Below are positions 54,164 to 63,823 of a stretch of 64,000 nucleotides of DNA, one piece after another (within the stretch, counting starts at the first letter, position 1; every line of letters begins with the position of its first letter). The notes beneath the pieces were generated by a model that searched no databases, had not been told where the DNA came from, and saw only the letters and a list, made by a program, of their open reading frames with translations. This stretch comes from an uncultured Phycisphaerales bacterium. GTDB lineage: Bacteria; Planctomycetota; Phycisphaerae; Phycisphaerales; SM1A02. Made by a program: the position numbers and the translations under genes. Location: assembly GCA_938084645.1 (NCBI GenBank), contig CALKEP010000011.1:33041-97040 (forward strand), written 5' to 3'.

Positions 54164-54359
54164 TCCTTTCGATGATTCTGTGGAACAGTCCCAAATGACA
54201 GAATACCGAGGCCTCCAGAATTTTCCAGCACACCATCTGGGTGTGGACGGATGTCCGTCGAGCGCCGAGATACCACCGGTTGTGGATAGACGGTCGAAAC
54301 CTGTTGTTTCGGGGCAAATCGCGGGGACGGACCCGAACGGAGCCCGTACACTCGGCCCG

Positions 54360-56603
54360 ATGCCGTTTCTCGACGCCGACGAATTGATGGCCGACCTCAC
54401 ACCGCCGCAACGCGATGCCGCCGCGGTCGTCGACGGCCCCGTGCTGGTGCTCGCGGGTCCGGGTTCCGGCAAGACCCGCGTCATCACCCGGCGCATCGCG
54501 CACCTGGTGTCGATCGGCGTGCCGGCGTGGCAGATTCTCGCGGTCACGTTCACGAACAAGGCCGCGGGCGAGATGCGGGAGCGCGTCGATCAGCTGATTC
54601 CACCGGATGTTCCCGGTCGGCGCGGGCTCACCGTCGCGACGTTCCACGGCTTCTGCGCCCGACTGCTTCGCGATCACGCGGACGCCGCGGGGCTCGATGC
54701 GAACTACTCGATCTACGATTCCGCCGATCAGAAGAACGCCATGAAGCGGGCGCTCGAGCAGGCGGGGCTCGACCCGTCGAACTGGTCGCCCGCATCGGTG
54801 CTCGGGCAGGTGTCGAACGCGAAGAACGCGTTGCAGTCGCCGGAGGCGTTCGCGGCGGACGCGGCGGACTTCCACGCCCGCACGATCGCGAAGGCGTACA
54901 CCGCCTACCAGGCGATCCTCGATCGCAATCACGCGGTCGACTTCGACGACCTGCTCCGGCATTCCGCCCGCTTGCTGCGGGAGGAGGGCGTGGTGCGGGA
55001 CGCGATGCAGGAGCGATTTCGATACGTGCTCATCGACGAGTACCAGGACACCAATCACGCGCAGTTCATCATCGCCAACGCGATCGCCGGCGGTCATCGG
55101 AACATCTTCGTGGTGGGGGATCCCGACCAGTCGATCTACGCCTGGAGAGGGGCCGACGTCCGGAACATCCTCGACTTCGAATCGCACTATCCCGGCGCGA
55201 CGGTGATCCCGCTCGGCCAGAACTTCCGGTCGACCGGTCACATCGTGCGCGCGTCGGCGGGTCTGATCGCGAACAATCGCCGGCGCAAGCACAAGGAACT
55301 GACCACCGAGCTCGACGACGGCGAGTCGGTCGCCGTCTTCCGGCTCGCGGACGAGCACGCGGAGGCTCGGCACGTCGTCGATCACTTCAAGACGCTTGCG
55401 AATCAGGGGGTCGCATGGGGCGACATGGCGATCCTCTACCGCGTGAACGCGTTGAGCCGGGTCCTCGAGGACGAGTTCCGTCGCGAGGGCGTTCCCTACG
55501 TCATCGCCCGCGGCACCGCCTTCTACGATCGCAAGGAGATCAAGGACGCCCTCGCCTACCTTCGGATGCTCGCGAACGCGGCGGATGACGTCGCGTTCCG
55601 CCGGATCATCAACAGTCCCGCTCGCGGGATCGGCGAGTCGACCATCAAGCGGCTCGAGGCGATCGGCGCGGCGACCGGCCGAGGCCTCGACGCGGTCTGT
55701 CGCGACCCCGGCTCGCTGGGCGATCTCGCGACGCGAAGTCGCAAGGCGGTGGAGCGGTTCGCCGCGACCGTCGCAGGCTGGCGAACCGAACTGGCCTCGG
55801 GTGACTCGACCGGCTTCGGGGATCTCGTCGCACGGGTCCTGCGGGAGAGCGGGCTCGAGAAGCCGGAAGCGGCCTTCGAAAGCGAGGAGGAACGACAGCG
55901 ACAGGCGAACCTCGGTGAACTCGTTTCGGCGGCGGAGGACTTCATCGCACCCTCCCTGGAGCGATCCGAGGACGGCACCATTCCGATGGCCCTCGTGCTC
56001 CGGGAGTATCTCGAGTCGGTCGCGCTGGTCAGCGACGCGGACGCGATCGACGCCGAGCGCGGGGCGGTCACGCTCATGACGCTGCATGCGGCGAAGGGGT
56101 TGGAATTCCACGCGGTCGCGCTGGTGGGCCTGGAGGACGGCCTCCTGCCGCACACCCGCGCCCGGGAGAGCGAGCTCGAGCTCGAGGAGGAGCGTCGGTT
56201 GTGCTTCGTCGGGATGACGCGGGCCGAGCGTCATCTGCTGATGACCTGCGCGGGCATCCGCACGATGCGGGGCATGCGGCAGCCCACGATCCGCAGTCAG
56301 TTCCTCGACGAGATCCCCGAGGAACACCGTACCGATCACGACTTCGGCGACGAGTGGGGGGGGCTTCGCGGGGACGACGACGGCGACGACCGGCGGATCG
56401 AGTACGACGACGTGGACGATCCCGAATCGCTCCCGGCCGCGTACCGCGCCGGAACCGTGGTCCGGCACCAGCAGTTCGGCACCGGCGTCGTGGTGTCCTT
56501 CAGCCATCGGGGTCGGGTCCACTCGGTCGTGGTCGACTTCAAGGTCGTGGGACGAAAGACGCTCGTCCTCGAATACGCGAAACTCCAGCGGGTGGAGTTC
56601 TGA
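54360..56603 (+). CDS. pcrA: UvrD/PcrA family SF1 DNA helicase
   Basis: AGPGSGKT, TFTNKAA, DEYQDTN, GDPDQSIY, QNFRS, TLHAAKGLEF, EERRLCFVGMTRA and C-terminal Tudor-like V.H..FG.G. Confidence 0.93.
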   Translation: MPFLDADELMADLTPPQRDAAAVVDGPVLVLAGPGSGKTRVITRRIAHLVSIGVPAWQILAVTFTNKAAGEMRERVDQLIPPDVPGRRGLTVATFHGFCARLLRDHADAAGLDANYSIYDSADQKNAMKRALEQAGLDPSNWSPASVLGQVSNAKNALQSPEAFAADAADFHARTIAKAYTAYQAILDRNHAVDFDDLLRHSARLLREEGVVRDAMQERFRYVLIDEYQDTNHAQFIIANAIAGGHRNIFVVGDPDQSIYAWRGADVRNILDFESHYPGATVIPLGQNFRSTGHIVRASAGLIANNRRRKHKELTTELDDGESVAVFRLADEHAEARHVVDHFKTLANQGVAWGDMAILYRVNALSRVLEDEFRREGVPYVIARGTAFYDRKEIKDALAYLRMLANAADDVAFRRIINSPARGIGESTIKRLEAIGAATGRGLDAVCRDPGSLGDLATRSRKAVERFAATVAGWRTELASGDSTGFGDLVARVLRESGLEKPEAAFESEEERQRQANLGELVSAAEDFIAPSLERSEDGTIPMALVLREYLESVALVSDADAIDAERGAVTLMTLHAAKGLEFHAVALVGLEDGLLPHTRARESELELEEERRLCFVGMTRAERHLLMTCAGIRTMRGMRQPTIRSQFLDEIPEEHRTDHDFGDEWGGLRGDDDGDDRRIEYDDVDDPESLPAAYRAGTVVRHQQFGTGVVVSFSHRGRVHSVVVDFKVVGRKTLVLEYAKLQRVEF

Positions 56604-56685
56604 ACCGGGGCTTCGGCCGCATCTCCCTTCGAAACCGCGATGCTCGCACGGGCGTCGTTCCATCACGCTCACGAAACGGACCAGC

Positions 56686-57396
56686 ATGACCATCCCGTCG
56701 GACGCCGTCGTCTTCATCACCGGGGCGAGCAGTGGCATCGGGGCCTCGCTCGCCGAAGGACTCGCGGCGCCCGGGCGCACCGTGCATCTCCAGGGGCGGG
56801 ACGCGGAACGACTCGCCGCGACCGCGGACCGCGTGGCGAAGGCCGGGGCGACGCCGATCTCGCATCTCCTCGATCTCGGAGATCACGCCGCGGTCGACGC
56901 CTTCGCGACCGGGCACGCCGGCGAGGTCCCGCGTCTGGACGCGTTGGTCCACAGTGCGGGCACCGTGGTGCTCGGCGCGGTGGCGACGTCCGACATCGCG
57001 GATCTCGATCATCAGTACGCGGTCAACCTCCGGGCACCCTTCGTCCTGACCAACGCGTTTCTTCCCGCGCTGGAGGCGGCGTCGGGGCAGGTCCTCTTCG
57101 TGAATTCGGGCGCGGGACTCCGGGCCGGCCCGCACTGGAGCCAGTACGCGGCGACGAAGTTCGGATTGAAGGCGCTCGCGGACAGTCTGCGGGCCGAGAC
57201 CGACGGGACCGGCGTCCGGGTGACCACGGTGTTCCCGGGCCGGACCGCGACGCCCATGCAGCAGGAGGTCCACCGAATGGAGGGTCGCGACTACGACGGA
57301 GCCGCGTTCATGGGGCCGGAGCACGTCGCGGAGAGCATCCTGCACGCGCTCGAGATCGCTCGAAGCGCGAACGTCGTCGAGCTGAGCATTCGCTGA
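56686..57396 (+). CDS. SDR family oxidoreductase
   Basis: TGASSGIG, NSGAG, YAATK and PGRTATPMQ motifs. Confidence 0.9.
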   Translation: MTIPSDAVVFITGASSGIGASLAEGLAAPGRTVHLQGRDAERLAATADRVAKAGATPISHLLDLGDHAAVDAFATGHAGEVPRLDALVHSAGTVVLGAVATSDIADLDHQYAVNLRAPFVLTNAFLPALEAASGQVLFVNSGAGLRAGPHWSQYAATKFGLKALADSLRAETDGTGVRVTTVFPGRTATPMQQEVHRMEGRDYDGAAFMGPEHVAESILHALEIARSANVVELSIR

Positions 57397-57418
57397 ACCG
57401 ACGTGGCCGCGGAACGGC

Positions 57419-58828
57419 TCAGGCGGCGGTGCGGGCGTTCGCCTGGGCCAATGCGATTCGCGCGTCCTCCGCGGCATCGCGGAAGAGACTGGTCAGGCTC
57501 GGGTAGTTGAAGCACGCCTGTTCGAACCAGCCGAGTCGTTGACCGGTCGAGATCGCGAACTGGGCGAGGTGCACCAGTTCGGTCGCGTCCTCGCCGATCA
57601 CCGAGCAACCGATGACGCGTTCGCTCTGGCGGTCGACCACGAGTTTGAGGAGGCCGCGATCGTCACCGAGCATGCGGCCCCGGGCGTTGCGGCGGAAGTC
57701 CCCTCGGCCCGCCACCACGTCGAGTCCCTTTTCACCGGCCTCCTCGAGCGTGACGCCGACGTGGCCGACGGCGGGAATCGTGTAGATCCCCATCGGCACG
57801 GTTTCCGCGAGTGCGCGGTCGTCGTCGATGTCGAACATGCGACACGCCGCGACCCGTCCCTGTTCGATGCTCGTCGACGCGAGGGCGGGGAAGCCGATCA
57901 CGTCGCCGGCCGCGAAGACGTTCGGACAGGTCGTTCGATATTCGGCGTCGACGGGGATGAGCCCGCGGTCGTTCGGGACGACGTCGACGGTCTCCAGGCC
58001 GAGGTTCGCCGCGTTTCCCTGACGGCCGAGGCTCCAGAGCACGATGTCGGACTCAAGGCGTTCACCGTCGTCGAGTTCGACCATCCCGTGTCCGTCCCTG
58101 CCATGGACGGCGACCGGCTTGCGTCCGAGGCGAAGATCGATGCCCGTCTCGACCATGGCCGATTCGAGTCTTTCGCGGATCTCCTCGTCGAGGAACCGCA
58201 TCAATCCGTTTCGTGGTTCGATCAGCGTGGTGGGGATGCCGAGCTCCGCGAAGATGCACGCGTACTCGCTTCCGATCACGCCGCCGCCGACGATCGTGAT
58301 CGACCGGGGCATCCGCTCCAGCGCGAGCAGTCCGTCGGCATCGACGAGGTGCGGATGATCGAAGTCGATCCAGTCCGGCCGGGCGGGGCGGGAGCCGGTC
58401 GACACCAGGGTGAATTCCGTCCGCACGCGATCGACCGTCCCGTCGGGTCGGTGGATCGCCACGGTGTTCGGGCCTTCGAGCACGGCGCGGCCGTGGATCA
58501 CCTCGACTCCGGCGCGGTCCATTTCGAATTCGACCCGATCATGCTCCTCGAGTTGGACGAGGGTGGTCCGGGCCATGAAGGCCGCGAGCGAGAGTCGGGT
58601 GTCGGGGGTCGCATCGATGCCGGGCACCGGTCTTCGGCGGAACGCCGAGCAGGTCAGCGCGGTCTCCCGGAGGACCTTCGAGGCGATCGTCCCGGTGTTG
58701 ACCATGGCGCCGCCGGGTCGGCCGGCGGCCTCCACGACGAGGGTGCGAAAACCGTGGTGAGCGGCGGTCACCGCGGCGGTCTCCCCCGCGGGGCCGCATC
58801 CGATGCATACGAGTTGATATCCCGGCAT
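57419..58828 (-). CDS. sthA: Soluble pyridine nucleotide transhydrogenase
   Basis: GCGPAG, GTIASKVLRE, GGGVIGSEY, GDVIGFPALAS and FNYPSL motifs. Confidence 0.82.
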   Translation of the reverse strand: MPGYQLVCIGCGPAGETAAVTAAHHGFRTLVVEAAGRPGGAMVNTGTIASKVLRETALTCSAFRRRPVPGIDATPDTRLSLAAFMARTTLVQLEEHDRVEFEMDRAGVEVIHGRAVLEGPNTVAIHRPDGTVDRVRTEFTLVSTGSRPARPDWIDFDHPHLVDADGLLALERMPRSITIVGGGVIGSEYACIFAELGIPTTLIEPRNGLMRFLDEEIRERLESAMVETGIDLRLGRKPVAVHGRDGHGMVELDDGERLESDIVLWSLGRQGNAANLGLETVDVVPNDRGLIPVDAEYRTTCPNVFAAGDVIGFPALASTSIEQGRVAACRMFDIDDDRALAETVPMGIYTIPAVGHVGVTLEEAGEKGLDVVAGRGDFRRNARGRMLGDDRGLLKLVVDRQSERVIGCSVIGEDATELVHLAQFAISTGQRLGWFEQACFNYPSLTSLFRDAAEDARIALAQANARTAA

Positions 58829-58948
58829 GCGGTCGAGATCGACCGTCGAAGGGGGCGTCTTGAACGCGTGGTCGGTTTTCGACGGTCGAAACACGCCCTT
58901 TCGATGGTCGAGGACCCTCGGCGGATCGGTGGTCCGAGAACCAGGGGG

Positions 58949-59185
58949 TCACGGCCGATCCGCGTTCCGACGCTCGGCCTCCTCCTCCTCGTGCCATCGC
59001 GCGATGTCGCCGAGCAGGATTCGGGCGATGACGACGGCGATGAGGCCGCTGAAGATGCCGGGTCCCTTGTCCTCCGCGACCGCGATCCAGACCAGCGCGA
59101 ACGCGATCGCCGCCGCGGAGGCGAACCAGCAGAGGCGGGGGACGAGTCGCGATCGTCGCGGGGGAGTCGGTGGATCCGGGTTCAC
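58949..59185 (-). CDS. Small two-TM hypothetical protein
   Basis: 78 aa, two hydrophobic helices and a charged tail; fills the gap between co-oriented genes. Confidence 0.55.
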   Translation of the reverse strand: MNPDPPTPPRRSRLVPRLCWFASAAAIAFALVWIAVAEDKGPGIFSGLIAVVIARILLGDIARWHEEEEAERRNADRP

Positions 59186-59244
59186 GTCGGGGTCGTTCTC
59201 GGAGGCAGGTCGTGGTCTGGAGCAGCGTCACGACCGGGTCATGC

Positions 59245-61368
59245 TCAGTCGCAGATCCCGGTCTGCCAGAAGATGAACGCCCAGCGGTCGGCGGCTTCCT
59301 CGATGCGGAGCCGGAGGGGCTTGCCCTGGCCGTGCCCGCCGTCGCGCTCGACCTGGAGGAGGATGGGTTCCGTCGCGGCGTCGGCACTCGTCGCGGCCTG
59401 CATCAGCGCCGCCATCTTCCGAGCGTGCAGGGGATGGACCCGGGTGTCGTTCTCGCCCGCGGTGAACATCACCGCGGGATAGTCGCGCCCCTGCTCGACG
59501 TTGTGATACGGCGAATACGCCCGCAGCCACTCGAACTGCTCCGGGTCCTCGCTCGAGCCGTACTCGGGCACCCAGAACCGGGCCATGAGGAACCGGTGGT
59601 AGCGAAGCATGTCGAGCAGCGGCACGGCGCTGATCGCCGCGGACCAGAGTTCCGGTCGCTGCGTGACCGCGACGCCGGTGAGCAGGCCGCCGTTGGAACC
59701 GCCCATGACCGCCAGCTGAGCCGGGGAGGTGAGGCCGTCGGCGATCAGCATCTCCGCGCAGGCGTAGAGGTCGTCGTAGACGTTCTGCTTCGATTCCAGC
59801 ATGCCCGCCCGGTGCCACGACTCGCCGAACTCGCCGCCGCCCCGGAGGTTCGCGACGACGTAGATCCCGCCCGCGTCGTAGAACGGGAAGTTCGTCGAGA
59901 TGAACCGCGGCGTCATCGAGATGTTGAAGCCGCCGTAGCCGTAGAGCAGCGTCGGATGCGGACGACTCGTGTCGAGATCCTTGCGATGCACCACGAACAT
60001 CGGAACCTTCGTGCCGTCCTTCGACGTCGCGTGCACCCGCCGGACGATCACCGAGTCGGGGTCGACGGGCGTCTTCGGGCGGGCCCAGATCGCGCCGAGC
60101 GTTCCCGCCACCACGTCGCACTCGTAGATCGTGCGCGGTTCGTTGTAGCTCGTGTAGCTCACGAAGGCCCGCGTCGAGTCGGGATCGGTCGAAATGCCGG
60201 CGGACCCGAGTCCGGGCAGTTCGATCGGATCGAAACGCTCTCCGGCCAGCGTCATTCGTTCGATGCGGGTCGAGGCGTCCTGCTCGTAGGTGAGTATCAG
60301 CAGTCCGCGGGCGTAGTCGGCGCCCTGGAAGACCGCGTCGGGACGTTCCGGCGCGATCTCGGTCCAGCGGGCCTGATCCGGATGTTCGAGATCGACGACC
60401 ACGATACGGCCGTTGGGGGCGTTCTCGGTGGTCGACATCACCATGCGATCGCCCACCACGGCCTGCGGCGAGAACTTCGCGTCGATGCCCTCGGCGACCA
60501 CGACGCGATCGAGTTCGCCGGTCGCCTTCCAGTCCGCGACGTGCGCGATCCAGAGGTCGTTGCGACTCCAGCCATCCGACATGCCGAACATGAGCCAGCG
60601 GCCGTTCCGGGAGAGCGAGCCGTAGGGGACGCGCTGCGGCTCGGTCTGGGTCATGAACGTGTGGTCGTGTCTCGGGTGGGTCCCGATGTCGTGCCAGCGG
60701 ACCACGCGGCTGTAGGCGTCGTCGAGATCCGTGAGCTTCGAATAGACGAAGGCCGAACCATCCGGTGTCCAGCCCCCGAAGCGGACCTTGCCCGGGATCT
60801 CGGTCTCGGTCCAGGTCCCGTCCGCGGTTCGCAGGACGTGGAGGATGCTGTTCTCGTCACCCGCTCGACTGATTCCGAAGGCGACCTTCGAACCGTCGAC
60901 GGTGGGTCGCCACCAGTCGAGCGAGATCAGACCGCCGTCGTCGAGCGTGTTCGGATCGATCAGCACGCGGTCATCGGCCTCGGTACCGCCGTTGGGCCGG
61001 ACCTTGAGCACCGACTGGTTGGCGCCGGCCGCCCGTTCGCTGAAGAACAGGTGCCCACCGGCCTGCACCGGCGTGCCGATGCCGGGCACGTTCATGAGCT
61101 TCGACAGTTCGTCGACCAGTTCCGGTCGACAGGGAAGGCCGTGCAGGACTTCCTCGGTGTAGGCGTTCTGGGCGTCGGTCCACGTCCGGACCTCCTCGGA
61201 CTCCGACTCGAGCGGTTCGAGCCACTGGTAGTCGTCGACGAAGGTCTCGCCCTGGATCGTCTCCTCGACCGGGCGTCGGTCGGTGGCGGGCGGTCCCGCG
61301 GGCGCGGTGCCCGCGAAGGCGACGGTGGCGAGCGTGGTGGCGAACGCGAGGCGGATGCGGGATGACAT
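59245..61368 (-). CDS. Prolyl oligopeptidase (S9A), secreted
   Basis: DDYQWLE, LYGYGGF, RGGGEFG, GGSNGG, DTRVHP and GGHG motifs; signal peptide. Confidence 0.95.
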   Translation of the reverse strand: MSSRIRLAFATTLATVAFAGTAPAGPPATDRRPVEETIQGETFVDDYQWLEPLESESEEVRTWTDAQNAYTEEVLHGLPCRPELVDELSKLMNVPGIGTPVQAGGHLFFSERAAGANQSVLKVRPNGGTEADDRVLIDPNTLDDGGLISLDWWRPTVDGSKVAFGISRAGDENSILHVLRTADGTWTETEIPGKVRFGGWTPDGSAFVYSKLTDLDDAYSRVVRWHDIGTHPRHDHTFMTQTEPQRVPYGSLSRNGRWLMFGMSDGWSRNDLWIAHVADWKATGELDRVVVAEGIDAKFSPQAVVGDRMVMSTTENAPNGRIVVVDLEHPDQARWTEIAPERPDAVFQGADYARGLLILTYEQDASTRIERMTLAGERFDPIELPGLGSAGISTDPDSTRAFVSYTSYNEPRTIYECDVVAGTLGAIWARPKTPVDPDSVIVRRVHATSKDGTKVPMFVVHRKDLDTSRPHPTLLYGYGGFNISMTPRFISTNFPFYDAGGIYVVANLRGGGEFGESWHRAGMLESKQNVYDDLYACAEMLIADGLTSPAQLAVMGGSNGGLLTGVAVTQRPELWSAAISAVPLLDMLRYHRFLMARFWVPEYGSSEDPEQFEWLRAYSPYHNVEQGRDYPAVMFTAGENDTRVHPLHARKMAALMQAATSADAATEPILLQVERDGGHGQGKPLRLRIEEAADRWAFIFWQTGICD

Positions 61369-61427
61369 GGAGGACTCCGGGGAGGATTGGTTCCGGAGAT
61401 CCTATCGGGGCCGAGCCCGTCGTTCCC

Positions 61428-62666
61428 TCAGGACTCGGGTGCTTCCGGCAGCAGCCACCTGACGACGGCCCGGGTGAAGGTCGGCGGATAGGCGATGTGC
61501 AATCGGAAGCAGCGAAACGCGTCGAGCGGACGATCGATGAGGGCGGCACCGTGCTCCAGCATCGCCGCGTGCCGGGCCGGGTCGACCTTCGAGGACTTCG
61601 GGAGTTTCGGGGCGCGGACGAATCGGGCGTCGATCTCGCCGTTGAACCGTCGCAGTTCGGCGTGTTCCCCATACTCGGCCCGCTCGCTCGCCGCGAAGTA
61701 CAACGCGCCCGCGGGATCCACGGCGGGCAACGACTCGTCGAACAGCACGTCGAGGTAGAGATCGCGGACCGGAATCGGGACATGGACACCGACCTGTCCG
61801 GTCGGCACGTCGGGTCGCGCGTAACCGGGCCCGACGTCCTCGATGAGATCCGCGAAGGTCAGGGTGAGTTCACCGTCGGGATGCAGGTCGGGATCGGCCA
61901 GTACGAGGGTCACGGTCTCTTTCGCGACCACCTCCACGACGTCGCGGCCGAGATCCGGCGAACTGGCCGCTGGGACCAGCGATGGAATCGGGTTCGCTTC
62001 TTCGGAGGCGTCGATTCTCGACCAGTCCAGAGACGCCGCGTCCGCATCGATCTTCGTACCACGGTAGACGAGCCGAGGACCCATCGGTCGAATCGTGCGC
62101 AGCCCTTCCTTCATGTTCAGCGACACGAGTGTCAAGTGATCGGACTTGGCCTTGGCAGGGGAGACGAACCAGGTGCTCACCATCGAATTCGCCACCTCGC
62201 CTCGGAGGGCGACCGTGGAGTCGAAATGGGCTCTCCTCACCTTCCCCTGATGTCGTTGCTGTGCCGCGGAGTCGAGTCCACCGGCCGCGATGGCGGCGAT
62301 CTCCTGTCGCGAGGCGTTGAATTGATCGAAGATCTTCCAGAGCCCGGTCGTGGCGGTCTCCACACGCCCGACCGCGACGTCCGACACGCCGACTGCGCGG
62401 AGGGCTTCGATGAGGAGGATCATCCCCCGTTCACCGGGAAGCGCGGAGACGATCGTCGCCGGATCCGGTGCGGTGGCGATCCGGTGTGCCTGCCATCCCA
62501 GCATCTTGTCCACGCCGAGCCTTCTCGCCACGCTCCGGCCGCCGACATCTCCCTTGAGAAACTCAGTGAATGCTCCGCGGAGTGACTCCTGCAATGCGCG
62601 TGCCGCCTTCGAGACGTCGTGATGCTTGCGGGCGAATGAAATGGGTGTCGTCTCGTTCTTCGGCAT
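61428..62666 (-). CDS. Uncharacterised protein with N-terminal HTH-like motif (putative regulator)
   Basis: GGAGG RBS before ATG 62666; GRSVARRLGVDKMLGWQAHR resembles an HTH; the rest is unrecognised. Confidence 0.7.
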   Translation of the reverse strand: MPKNETTPISFARKHHDVSKAARALQESLRGAFTEFLKGDVGGRSVARRLGVDKMLGWQAHRIATAPDPATIVSALPGERGMILLIEALRAVGVSDVAVGRVETATTGLWKIFDQFNASRQEIAAIAAGGLDSAAQQRHQGKVRRAHFDSTVALRGEVANSMVSTWFVSPAKAKSDHLTLVSLNMKEGLRTIRPMGPRLVYRGTKIDADAASLDWSRIDASEEANPIPSLVPAASSPDLGRDVVEVVAKETVTLVLADPDLHPDGELTLTFADLIEDVGPGYARPDVPTGQVGVHVPIPVRDLYLDVLFDESLPAVDPAGALYFAASERAEYGEHAELRRFNGEIDARFVRAPKLPKSSKVDPARHAAMLEHGAALIDRPLDAFRCFRLHIAYPPTFTRAVVRWLLPEAPES

Positions 62667-62802
62667 GGACTGACCTCCATCGGAGTTCGAGCGGCGGGGA
62701 GGGGTTTCTGTGACGACGTCATCGAATTCCTCGACGGTACCTCGTCTCGGTCGCGACATTCTCTCGAATCGCGAGCGATGGTCGAGTCGGAGAACCTGAA
62801 AT

Positions 62803-62856
62803 CGTCTGTGCAGACAGCAAGCCGTCTGTGCAGGCGGATTCTTCGTCTCTGCAGGC
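62803..62856. promoter_or_regulatory. Three phased palindromic direct repeats (candidate operators)
   Basis: CGTCTGTGCAGAC (62803), CGTCTGTGCAGGC (62823) and CGTCTCTGCAGGC (62844); spacing 20 and 21 bp. Confidence 0.6.
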
Positions 62857-62986
62857 GATGCACGGTCGACATCGGGGCGGGGTCGTCTAGTTTCAGGCCG
62901 TTCGTCATGGATGAGCAGCGTTTTCTTTCCGCCACGCAGTTCAAGCGAGGTGGAATACATGAGTTCAGGCTCTGGAGATTGATGAG

Positions 62987-63742
62987 ATGAGAAGTAAAAT
63001 GATTGCCGCCGGTTCGATGTTCGCCCTGGCATCCGCCACGGCGAGTGCCAGTGTGGTCAACAGTTGGATCAACTGGGACGCTCCTTCAGGCTACGGAAGT
63101 TCCAACGGCTCGCCGGGCTACGACTATGCGACGGAGCTTCTGGGGACGATCGCCATGCCCGACACGAGCACGGTGTACGTGAAGTTGACCGGCGAGATCG
63201 CACAGAGCACCACCGGCTCGGGATGGTCCCGGTTCGGCGAGACCGGGACCGACTACTGGTCCGGCTCGTCCTTCACGAGCGATAACGTCACCAGTACGCC
63301 GACCAACGATCGCATCGGCCTCGCCGGATACGCCGTGACGACCCAGACCCTCTCGTTCTACTCCGACTCGGGGAGGACGACGGCCGCGAACATCGAGAAC
63401 ATCGTCCTCCTGTTGAAGTCGCTCGGGAGCCCCTCGGATGCCGGCGCGTTCGACTTCACGCAGGACTTCGACATCCTCAGCAGCAATTCCAACCTCTCGA
63501 GAACGAGTCCGTCGGGGGGCACCTATCGCCTGACCGGCAATGAGGGAGACGGCGCGATCCAGTTCCTCGGCTCGTTCAGTTCGTTCTCCTGGACAGTCAA
63601 CAACCCGGAACTCGTCGCCTACTGGAATCTGGGAGCGACCTCCGCGCCGCCGCCCTCGGACTCATCGAACGCCGTCCCCGGCGTCGGCGGAATCGCCGCG
63701 ATCGCGGGTCTCGGGCTGGTCGGGCGTCGTCGCCGTCGCTGA
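62987..63742 (+). CDS. Secreted Ser/Thr/Gly-rich protein with PEP-CTERM-like sorting signal
   Basis: Signal peptide; C-terminus VPGVGGIAAIAGLGLVGRRRRR. Confidence 0.85.
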   Translation: MRSKMIAAGSMFALASATASASVVNSWINWDAPSGYGSSNGSPGYDYATELLGTIAMPDTSTVYVKLTGEIAQSTTGSGWSRFGETGTDYWSGSSFTSDNVTSTPTNDRIGLAGYAVTTQTLSFYSDSGRTTAANIENIVLLLKSLGSPSDAGAFDFTQDFDILSSNSNLSRTSPSGGTYRLTGNEGDGAIQFLGSFSSFSWTVNNPELVAYWNLGATSAPPPSDSSNAVPGVGGIAAIAGLGLVGRRRRR

Positions 63743-63785
63743 TGGAACGGCCTCGTCTGGTCGGCGTCGTTCGACAAGGTTCGTC

Positions 63786-63823
63786 AACCGCCGCCCCGGA
63801 CAATTGTCCGGGGCGGCGGTTTT
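63786..63823 (+). terminator. Intrinsic terminator (perfect 36-bp palindrome)
   Basis: AACCGCCGCCCCGGACAA|TTGTCCGGGGCGGCGGTT followed by TT. Confidence 0.8.

Noticed and set aside
53505..54359. 285-aa N-terminal extension of the helicase ORF
   Set aside because: Non-coding-like composition, overlaps the NrdR boxes, and helicase homology begins at ATG 54360.
54100..54360. Replication origin
   Set aside because: Only one good DnaA-like box, no clear unwinding element, and no dnaA/dnaN nearby.
53658..56780. 1040-aa minus-strand ORF
   Set aside because: Shadow of the UvrD/PcrA gene.
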